A stretch of 64,000 nucleotides of DNA, taken from Eledone cirrhosa (lineage: Eukaryota). The notes beneath the pieces are model-generated. The model ran no database searches and was not told the DNA's origin. It was given only the letters and a program-made list of their open reading frames with translations. The stretch spans positions 51,460,001 to 51,524,000 of the forward strand of contig OZ024751.1 in NCBI GenBank assembly GCA_964016885.1, in the 5' to 3' direction. Below, piece by piece: positions 52,924-64,000 of this stretch (the stretch's first letter is position 1; each line of letters begins with the position of its first letter). The position numbers were made by a program, and so were the translations under genes.

Positions 52924-55900
52924 ATGGCCAACATAACCCCAACCCCATCCCCTCACCCATCCCTGCGCCCCATCCTCCAAACACAATCCGAAACTTCAGA
53001 GTTGGTACCATAAATGTAGGCACCTTAAAAGGCCGCTCTAATGAGGTTGTAGAAATGCTTGAACGTAAGGAGGTTGATGTTTGCTGTATCCAAGAGACCA
53101 GGTGGAGGGGCGGGTCTGCTAGATTCATTGTGGGTAAAAAACGTTGCTATAAGCTTTTCTGGGTGGGAAATGACAATGGGATAGGTGGGGTAGGAACCAT
53201 GTTAGCAGAAAAATGGGTGGATAAGATAATAGATGTAAATAGAGTAAATGACAGAATAATTAAAATAAGACTTGTTCTAAATAGAACTACTGTGACAGTA
53301 ATATCTGCATACGCGCCCCAATCCGGACTGCCTGGCGCTATAAAAGACAGATTCTATGAGACACTGATGCTCACTACCTCCCAAATAACCGACAGTGACT
53401 ATATAATTATTGCTGGCGACCTAAATGGCCATGTTGGTCAACATTGTGACGGCTATGACGGAATCCACGGAGGCTATGGGTTTGGTACTAGAAATGAGGA
53501 AGGCTCCAGAATCCTGGAATTCTGTGATGCAAATAACCTAACTATCTGTAACATTAACTTCAAAAAACGAGACAATCACTTGATCACCTACAGATCAGGG
53601 GAACATACTAGCCAGGTAGATTATATCCTTAGCAGAAGATGTGACAGAGTGTCTGTTGTAAACACTAAATCCCTCCCCCATGAAGAATGCACCTCCCAAC
53701 ATAGACTGCTAATTAGCGACCTCATAGTCAGGACAAGACGTACTCGACAGCAGAAGAGGACTATCCTCAGGAGAAAAATATGGAAGCTAAAGGACCCCAC
53801 AGCCAGAAATAAATTTAAAAGCATATTACTTGATGCTTTCGACAGTAAGGAAGAGCAATTAGAGTCGTAGAATATAGAGGAACAGTGGGAATTCCTGAAA
53901 GCAAACCTGCTGATGGCGGCAGACAAAGTCTGTGGCTGGAGCAGGCCTGTAGGCAGGAGGAGAGTAACATGGTGGTGGAACAGTAAGGTGGAGGAGTCAA
54001 TTAAGGCCAAAAAGCAGGCTTGGAAAGTATGGCGGGATGGGGGAAGTAGAGAAGACTATCAAGTGGCCAGGAGGGAAGCTAGGAGACAAGTGTACTTCGC
54101 AAGAAGGGAAGCAGAGGAAAGAAAGTTCAAGCATGTTCTACAACGCGAGGACCAAAAACGCGAGGTGTTCAGGATTGCTAGGCAATGTGTCAAGGAAAAC
54201 CGTGATATTGTCGGGGAGAAGTGTGTACTTAATGATGATGGCGTACTTGCCATCACTGACGCTGATAAGAAGGAAGCTTGGAAGTGTCACTACGAAAGGC
54301 TACTAAATGAGGAGAATAAATGGGAGAAAGACAGTCTCCCCCACATCGACCCAATAGAGGGACCAGCAGTGTTAGTCGAAGGTAGTATAATAAGTAAGGC
54401 AATCAAAGATATGAAGACGGGTAAGGCGGCTGGGCCTTCGGAAATAGTTGCTGAGATGCTGAAAGCCTCTGGAACAGTGGGACACACTATGGTCACCCGG
54501 ATAGTAAACCAAGTCATACAGAATGGGGTTGTTCCGAAGGACTGGCGTAGCAGCATCATCATTAACTGCTACAAGGGTAAAGGAGACGCCCTAGATAGGA
54601 GTAACTATAGAGGCATTAAATTAATCGACCAGGTCATGAAGGTCACGGAAAAAGTAATAGCGCAACTAATCAGAGAGAGAATTGATCTAGATGAAATGCA
54701 GTTCGGGTTTGTGTCAGGCAAAAGTACCACAGACGCTCTTTTCATTGTACGACAACTACAGGAGAAGTACCTAGCTAAAAGTAAACCCCTATACTTAGCT
54801 TTCGTCGACTTGGAGAAAGCCTTTGACAGAGTCCCCCGTTCCATTATCTGGTGGGCTCTTAGAAAACTAGGTGTTGATGAATGGCTTGTGAGAGCTATAC
54901 AAGCTATGTATAAAGAAACAGTCAGCAAGGTTAGAATTAACAACGAATATAGTGAAGAGTTTAGCGTAAAAGTTGGTGTTCATCAGGGCTCTGTTCTTAG
55001 CCCCCTACTATTTATTATTGCCCTTCAGGCTATAATAGTGGAGTTCAAGACCGGCTGCCCATGGGAACTTCTATACGCAGATGATCTAACGCTCATAGCT
55101 GAATCAATGGCCGAACTAGAGAAGAAATTCCAAACATGGAAGCATGGCCTAGAATAAAAAGGCCTTAAAATTAACCTGTCTAAGACTAAAGTTCTAGTTT
55201 GTAGGAAGTAAAATAGGGCACCGGTCCCATCCGGGAAATGGCCATGCTCAGTGTGTAGGAAAGGAGTAGGTAGAAACTCCATTTTATGTCCCAAATGCAA
55301 AGTATGGGTGCATAAAAGATGTAGTGGGATCACAGGTAAGCTAACTAAGAACATAGATTTTACATGTGGCCGGTGCTCTGGTGCAATAAGTAGCAGCAAG
55401 TGCACACAAAATACTAGCTCTTTCAATTGCGCAGAGGGTTCTATAGAAATAGTGGACAGCTTCCGTTACCTGGGTGACAAAATCAGCAGTGGGGGAGGGT
55501 GCTATGAAAGTACAGTAGCTAGAGTCAGAACGGGATGGAAAAAGTTCAGAGAGCTTATACCACTATTAGCCGCTAAAGGGTTCTCCCTAAAAATGAAAGA
55601 CAGGCTGTATGATGCCTGCATACGAACAGCAATGTTGCATGGCAGTGAGACCTGGGCATTGTGTGCAGAGGATATACGCAGACTAGAGAGGAACGAAGCT
55701 TGCATGCTCCGCTGGATGTGTAATAGTAATATACGTGAATGGCAAAGCATAAAGGAACTAAGGAAAAAATTAGAAATAAGAGGGATCAGATGTTGTTTAC
55801 TCGAGAGAAGGCTACGTTGGTATGGTCACGTGATGCGCAAGAAAGACGACAGCTGTATAAAAAAGTGCAGGGCAATAAAGATAGACGGTAGCCACGGAGT

Positions 55901-56423
55901 AGGCAGACCCAGAAAAACCTGGGACGACCTGATAAATTCCGACCTCACACACTTACACCTCTCCAAGACAATGTCACTGGACCGAGATCTTTGGTGGCAC
56001 TCAGTAATAGAGAAGACCCGCCTTACCTAAATACAAAGTAAAACCTACTACAGTCAGTAGGCATCTCTAACAAAATACACCCCCGTCCCACCACCCCCAC
56101 CGCATCCACACCGCCCCTTTCAATGTAAAGTTATGTTGGTGTCACAACATCCAGGCCGAAACAAATGAGATCGTGTAGGTGTCACGACAAAAAAACACAC
56201 AGTCCACGCTGTAATGTGGCCGTGTAGGCAACACGGTAAAAACCTCCCAGCCCCACACTGTAAATGTGGTTGGTGTTAGGAAGGGCATCCAGCTGTAGAA
56301 AACCCGCCAGACAGTCCTGTGCGAGCAAGACAACCACTCTTGCCTCAAGTGGGAAAACTCCCGTCCAAACCCATGCAAGCGTGGAACACGGACGTTAAAC
56401 GATGATGATGATGATGATGATGA
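52924..56423 (+). pseudogene. RTE family 1 LINE, copy 2, full coding span but disrupted
   Basis: ATG at 52924 followed by a frameshift in the Pro-rich start; in-frame stops at 53868, 55155 and ~55209; ORF end 56030; 3' UTR and (GAT)n tail. Confidence 0.95.
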
Positions 56424-56789
56424 TATATATATACAAATATATATATATATAGATAGATATATAAATATATATATACACACACATGTATAGGTATGTAGAT
56501 ATATATGTATATGTATCAATGTATCATTGTATACGTGTGTGTGTGTGTAAATTGATATTTATGATAGCTCTGCAGGCATTGTTACATCAAGAACAGCAAC
56601 AACTATAATCGCTATATGAATATATAGAATTGTGTGTGCATATGTATGTGTTTATCTGTGTATATGGGTTAATGTTTGTGTGTGTGAGTTTGTGGTGTGT
56701 GTGTGAACTATCAATTGAAATCAAACATTTATAGTCGTTTTCTAGCAATAAAACTTTGTATCATCAATAGTGAAAACATCAACATTAAC

Positions 56790-59695
56790 ACCATATTCAC
56801 CATCACCATCACCATCACCATCGCAATCACTTCATCAATATTCACCAACATTCACCAACACCAATAGCCTCACCATCACCATTATCAATACCAACCCCTT
56901 CACCATCACCAACACCATCATCATTATCAACACCCTCACCATCACCATCACCATCACAATCACCTTCACCAACACCATCACCATCACATTCACCTCACCA
57001 ACATTCACTAACACCAATACCCTCACCAACATTCACCAACACCAATACCCTCACCATCACCATTATCAATACCAACCCCTTCACCATCACCCTCACCATC
57101 ACCAACACCATCATCATTATCAACACCCTCACCATCACCATCACCATCACAATCACCTTCACCAACACCAACACCATCACCATCACCATTAACAACACCA
57201 TTGCCATCACCATCACCATCCCCAACGCCAACATCAACCCCAACCCCAACACCATCACCCTCACCATCACCCTCACCATGCCCATCACCCTTAACGACAC
57301 CAACACCCTCACCATCGACATCACCAACACCAACATCCTCACCATCATCATCACCAACACCCTGACAAAAATCAACCCCAACCCCAACACCATCACCCTC
57401 ACCCTTACCATCACCATTAACAACACCATTACCATCACCATCACCATCACCAACATCAACCCCAACCCCATCACCATCACCATCACCATTAACAACACCA
57501 TCACCATCACCAACATCAACCCCAACCCCAACCCCAACACCCTCACCATCACCATCACCAACACCAACATCAACCCCCTCACCATCACCCTCACCATCAC
57601 CAACATCAACCCTAACCCCAACCCCATCACCATCACCATTAACAATACCATCACCATCACCATCACCAACCCCAACACCATCACCATCACCATTAACAAT
57701 ACCATCACCATCACCATCACCAACCCCAACCCCAACACCATCACCATCACCATTAACAATACCATCACCATCACCATCACCAACCCCAACCCCAACACCA
57801 TCACCATTAACAATACCATCACCATCACCATCACCAACCCCAACCCCAACACCATCACCATCACCATTAACAATACCATCACCATCACCATCACCAACCC
57901 CAACCCCAACACCATCACCATCACCATTAACAATACCATCACCATCACCATCACCAACCCCAACCCCAACACCATCACCATTAACAATACCATCACCATC
58001 ACCATCACCAACCCCAACCCCAACACCATCACCATTAACAATACCATCACCATCACCAACCCCAACACCATCACCATCACCATTAACAATACCATCACCA
58101 TCACCATCACCAACCCCAACCCCAACACCATCACCATCACCATTAACAATACCATCACCATCACCATCACCAACCCCAACCCCAACACCATCACCATCAC
58201 CATTAACAATACCATCACCATCACCATCACCAACCCCAACACCATCACCATCACCATTAACAATACCATCACCATCACCATTAACAATACCATCACCATC
58301 ACCATCACCAACCCCAACACCTCACCATCACCATTAACAATACCATCACCATCACCATCACCAACCCCAACCCCAACACCATCACCATCACCATTAACAA
58401 TACCATCACCATCACCATCACCAACCCCAACCCCAACACCATCACCATCACCATTAACAATACCATCACCATCACCATCACCAACCCCAACACCATCACC
58501 ATCACCATTAACAATACCATCACCATCACCATTAACAATACCATCACCATCACCATCACCAACCCCAACACCATCACCATCACCATTAACAATACCATCA
58601 CCATCACCATTAACAATACCATCACCATCACCAACCCCAACCCCAACACCATCACCATCACCATTAACAATACCATCACCATCACCATCACCATCACCAT
58701 TAACAATACCATCACCATCACCAACCCCAACACCATCACCATCACCATTAACAATGCCATCACCATCACCATCACCAACCCCAACCCCAACACCATCACC
58801 ATTAACAATGCCATCACCATCACCATCACCAACCCCAACACCATCACCATCACCATTAACAATACCATCACCATCACCATCACCAACCCCAACACCATCA
58901 CCATTAACAATACCATCACCATCACCAACCCCAACACCATCACCATCACCATTAACAATACCATCACCATCACCATCACCAACCCCAACACCATCACCAT
59001 TAACAATACCATCACCATCACCAACCCCAACCCCAACACCATCACCATCACCATTAACAATACCATCACCATCACCATCACCAACCCCAACACCATCACC
59101 ATTAACAATACCATCACCATCACCAACCCCAACCCCAACACCATCACCATCACCATTAACAATACCATCACCATCACCATCACCATCACCAACCCCAACA
59201 CCATCACCATCACCATTAACAATACCATCACCAACCCCAACCCCAACACCATCACCATCACCATTAACAATACCATCACCAACCCCAACCCCAATACCAT
59301 CACCATCACCATTAACAATACCATCACCATCACCATCACCAACCCCAACCCCAACACCATCACCATTAACAATACCATCACCATCACCATCACCAACCCC
59401 AACCCCATCACCATCACCATTAACAATACCATCACCATCACCATCACCAACCCCAACCCCAACACCATCACCATCACCATTAACAATACCATCACCATCA
59501 CCATCACCAACCCCAACCCCAACACCATCACCATTAACAATACCATCACCATCACCATCACCAACCCCAACCCCAACTCCAACATCATCACCCTCACCAT
59601 CACCATCACCATCACCATCACCAACCCCAACCCCAACACCATCACCATCACCATCACCATCACCATCACCAACCCCAACCCCAACACCATCACCC
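56790..59695. repeat. 2.9-kb compound minisatellite of CCATCA / CCCCAA / CCATTAACAATA modules
   Basis: Direct inspection; a 1-nt frame slip near 58320 shows the long ORFs are incidental. Confidence 0.92.
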
Positions 59696-59939
59696 ACTAT
59701 ATACATTCAGAGTCAAACAATAAACACAACACACAATATCATAATAACCAAAAATCAACACAATTCATCAGTGAAACAACTACCACTATACTTTTATCTC
59801 TCACTGCCACCATAACCATCATCATCATCATCGTCGTCATCATTTTATCATGAATCAGCAACAATAACAGAAACACCCCACCCCTATTCATGTATATATA
59901 ATAATGTATATATATATATGTGTGTGTATGTATGTATAT

Positions 59940-60128
59940 AGTAGAAGGAAGACGCAGTAGAGGAAGACCATGAAAAACATGGGCAGAGGTGGTGAGAGCA
60001 GACCTCAGATTGCTGAAGCTCACGGAGGAGATGACGAAGGACCGTGACAAGTGGAGAGATGGTGTGCTGAATAGGACCCATCCCACCCTTGCAAGCAGGG
60101 AAAAGCGGACATAAAATGATGATGATGA

Positions 60129-60131
<3 letters not shown>
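59940..60131 (+). mobile_element. RTE family 2, short 3' fragment
   Basis: Matches 11757-11945. Confidence 0.85.
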
Positions 60132-60214
<83 letters not shown>

Positions 60215-60732
60215 AAAAACATAAATTATCGAGATTCGCATTTCGGCCCACGAAATAACGAAAAACAACCTCCGAGATGTGAGGCAAGTGCTCAATGATT
60301 CAGATGAACCAGAGCTATAACAAACGTTAAAGGCCAAACACACTGAGACGATGGTTAAACAATCATTCGTATAGCCAAAAAAACGATCAAGTAATTCGGG
60401 TATTGAAAAATTTACCCGGACTCCTGGAAGGTTGGTAAAATCCAGTATTTGGGTTTCTGCGGCTCCTAAATCAAGTACCATCCACTTACATAAATAATGT
60501 CAGGCTTCTGGTAAGATGATTGAACAAGGAAGCCACTTTCTCAACAGGTTTTAGTTCAATGTTAATACAAGGACTGACTATTGTTGACTCCACATGGGGA
60601 TCGGCAAGGGAGGCAGCCCCTATATCAGGCGAATAAATTCAGTTGTGAATATTTTTGCAAGAATGCAAAAACATCACAAATCGAATAGAGTTCTCAACAG
60701 AAGAGTTAAAATTAACATATATACATACATAT

Positions 60733-61061
60733 GGAGGCACATGGCTTAGTGGTTAGAGCATTGGCCTTGCAATCGAAAGGTTGTGAGTTCAATTCTCAGA
60801 CCGGGTGATGTGTTGTTTCCTTGAGCAAGACACTTTATTTCACATTGCTCCAGTTTACTCAGCTGTAGAAATGAGATATGGACTGGGGTCCCTATCATTC
60901 CACTGCAAAGTGGTCGTGGAGGTGCCACGGCAAAAAAGCACCCAGCACTCACTGTAAATGAGGTTGGTGTTAGGAAGGGCATCCAGCTGTAGAAATCAAG
61001 CCAGAATCAGTTCCCGTCCCACCCTTGCAGGCAGGGAAAAGTGGACGTAAAATGAAATGAA
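60733..61061 (+). mobile_element. SINE family A, full length
   Basis: GGAGGCACATGGCTTAGTGG (A box), GAGTTCAATTC (B box), CCTTGAGCAAGACACTT central block, RTE-like tail. Confidence 0.88.
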
Positions 61062-61613
61062 TATATATATCCAAGGAGGAGAGAGAGAGAGATAAAAGAA
61101 AATGTGAATTTATATATATGTAAACTATATTTTCTAATTAATATACACCTTAACTTTATTATATTTTTATCATATTTTTTTCTAGTATGAAAAAGTCAAA
61201 ATTGTTATCGGCTGAAACCAGTACTAAAAATTGTTTTTAAAAAAATGTTTTTCTGTTTTTCTATGATAAAATTCTATTACCATTTTCTATTGTTTTCTTA
61301 TTTTCCTAATATATACCGTGTGTCACTTCTCAAGATTCTAAATAAACATATATATATATATTCATATATATATATATATATACATATATATATGTGTGTG
61401 TGTGTGTGTTTGTGTATGCCTAAAGAAATTTTAGACTGCTAGTGGGGTTTAAAGCCCTTTAAAAAATGGAAAAGGTTAATACTCATCCTTTTCCATTTTT
61501 AGAGGGTTTTAAACCCCACTGTCAGGCTAAAATTTCTTTTGTCAAAAATACGGCGAAAGCTTCTATTTTTACTAAATTTCAAAGCACTCGCTGTTTTAAA
61601 ACAAACTTACTTG

Positions 61614-61644
<31 letters not shown>

Positions 61645-61939
61645 GAAAGAGGGAGAGAGTACATTAGAATGCACATACAATACATTTATGTATAATAAAC
61701 ATATAATGTCTGATGATAATGTCACAGCTATCTCATCTAAGTAGTCATGTGGAAACACCAGACATGTTTAAGGATTTTCTAATCCATCACTAGTGATGTT
61801 TAGTCACTTGGTTCTGAGACAACAATAAGCTATAGATTATACATTTTTTTTTGCATATAAAACATTTCCTGGAGGTTATTTGCATATGTAGCATTAACAT
61901 AGCATGATCCGTAATGGAGATGTATATGAAGGCATATAT

Positions 61940-62430
61940 CTTCTTCTTCACCCACTTATTCCTGAGAGGGTCATGGGGGCAGAGTCCTCAAACACTCCTT
62001 CCAGCAGGTCCTATCAGAAGCAACCATCTCCGACTGATCCCCAAGCAAGACCAGCCAAACTCATGGGTGTTATCCAACCATCTTGCTCAGAGACCACTCC
62101 TGGGTCTCCTACCTGTTGGTTTTGCCCACAAAATCTGTCCAGCGTTTCTTTCTTGAGACATTCTAACCACATCCCCATAATATCGGAGCTGTGATCTCTC
62201 AATTCAGAGAAGTAGCTGCTCTACCTGGAGTGACTTTCTGATCTCTGAGCTACGCACTTTATCGAGTAACATTACTCGAAAAACCCTTTAGGGGGACCCC
62301 ATTTCGGCCACATGTATTCGCGATTGTATTCTTTCAGTCATTACCAAGGTTCATGACGATAGGTAAGGATTGGCACAAAAACCAAATTGAAGACAGTGAG
62401 TTTGGCTCCTACGCCTAGCTCCCTGCTTCT
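61940..62430 (-). mobile_element. Degenerate RTE-like LINE 3' fragment
   Basis: Minus ORF ...AKLTVFNLVFVPILTYRHEPW resembles the RTE K..++..+..P.L.YG.E.W motif; related to 38620-38900. Confidence 0.65.
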
Positions 62431-63094
62431 CATTACTGAATGCTGCAGCATATATGATATAATAAACATATATAATATATATAATTTGTCGGAAATTGCA
62501 ATTTTAGAAATCGTTGCAGCAAGTTTCTTGTTGGACGTTTCAATGCCAACGAAACACTGGAACCAAGCAGCGACGGTGTGCTGCGATGGTTGAAGATGAA
62601 CTGGCTGAGCATCATCAGCAGATGGCCAGAATTCAGCAGCAACGCCGTGCTGCAATGGATGAAGAGGAGCTGGCTGAACAGCACCATCGCAATACAGAAG
62701 TTCAGAGAATGTGTCGCCAAAGTGCTCCTCATTCCAGTAAAGATGCTAGAAGGCGAACGAATGATATTAAAAATGGATCATGTCCAAGGTTCATGACCAT
62801 AGGTAAGGATTAGCACAAAAACCAAATTGAAGACAGTGAGTTTAGCTTCTACATCTACCTCCCTTCTCATTACTGAATGCTGAAGCATATATGATATAAT
62901 AAACATATATAATATATACAATTTGTTGGAAATTGCAATTTTAGAAATCGTTACAGCAAGTTTCTTGTTGGACGTTTCAGATTATTATATTTCTCATAAT
63001 AGTCTGAGGATCAATAAGAAGAAACTCAGAGTAATGAATTGCTTTGCTACAGCTACCAATAAACTACAGTATTTACTAGTCACTTCTCTTCCTG

Positions 63095-63192
63095 TTGTTT
63101 ATTTATATATACATACAGTTGAGTATTTATATATACATACAGTTGAGTATTTATATATACATACAGTTGAGTATTTATATATACATACAGTT
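63095..63192. repeat. 24-bp minisatellite, ~4 units
   Basis: GAGTATTTATATATACATACAGTT repeats. Confidence 0.85.
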
Positions 63193-63258
63193 TTTAATGC
63201 AAGCATACATATATACTTATATGTGTATACGTGTATATATATACATATATACATATAC

Positions 63259-63310
<52 letters not shown>

Positions 63311-63411
63311 ATACATATACATATATATACTTATACATATATATATATACTTATATATACATATATATGCATATATATGTATACATACACATATATGTGT
63401 GTGTGTGTGTC

Positions 63412-63461
<50 letters not shown>

Positions 63462-63591
63462 CATACATACACAAACACTATTACATACATATGAAATGTA
63501 AAAATCTTTAAACATGGATGTTGACTGTAATCAATGATGCAGCAGTCTATTGCTTAAGACAGCACTAAAATAGCTTCCTGTGTAAAGTCAA

Positions 63592-64000
63592 ACACCACCA
63601 CCACCCCACCACCACCCCACTGTCACCACCAACACCACCACTATCACTAACACCATTACTACCACCACCACCACTGCCACCACCACTGCCACCACCACCA
63701 CCCCACTGTCACCACCAACACCACCACTATCACTAACACCATTACTACCACCACCACCACTGTCACCACCAACACCACCACTATCACTAACACCATTACT
63801 ACCACCACCACCACTGTCACCACCACTGCCACCACCACCACCCCACTGTCACCACCAACACCACCACTATCACTAACACCATTACTACCACCACCACCAC
63901 TGTCACCACCAACACCACCACTATCACTAACACCATTACTACCACCACCACCACTGCCACCACCACTGCCACCACCACCACCCCACTGTCACCACCAACA
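63592..64000. repeat. CAC-rich minisatellite running off the window
   Basis: CACTGTCACCACCAACACCACCACTATCACTAACACCATTACTAC units. Confidence 0.9.

Noticed and set aside
56995-59815. 845-903-aa ORFs (mucin-like or antifreeze-like)
   Set aside because: Open on both strands because the repeat modules are multiples of 3 without stops; internal frame slip; no unique flanking coding sequence.
60210-60715. Unique-looking insert next to a TA tract with a 153-aa minus ORF
   Set aside because: No recognisable domain, ribozyme or terminal repeats; cannot be classified without a search.
60733-60805. tRNA gene
   Set aside because: tRNA-like head of a multi-copy SINE; no acceptor stem or terminator.

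Overview
AT-rich, microsatellite-saturated eukaryotic (animal) genomic DNA. The repeat complement looks like an octopus or other cephalopod (inference). One host-gene exon is clear: the first coding exon of a K+-dependent Na+/Ca2+ exchanger (NCKX/SLC24) on the minus strand at 26584-27450. Most other long ORFs are artefacts of simple repeats. Mobile DNA includes RTE-clade LINEs (one with an intact 1037-aa ORF carrying a PHD-like finger), two tRNA-derived SINE families, an internally deleted DD37D/maT transposon, a hAT MITE and piggyBac-like MITEs. The most striking signal is non-coding. I count by eye about 35 minimal type I hammerhead ribozyme (HHR) motifs in about 9 distinct sequence families, carried by short elements that mostly sit in (TA)n tracts. 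They include a 5.7-kb array of a 310-bp, highly structured HHR monomer and six further head-to-head inverted insertions. In all seven inverted loci the ribozyme-sense 3' ends point outward. This resembles Penelope-like element pLTRs and non-LTR retrozymes. The consistent inverted architecture, and one palindrome that copied about 210 bp of flanking host DNA, suggest a specific integration mechanism.
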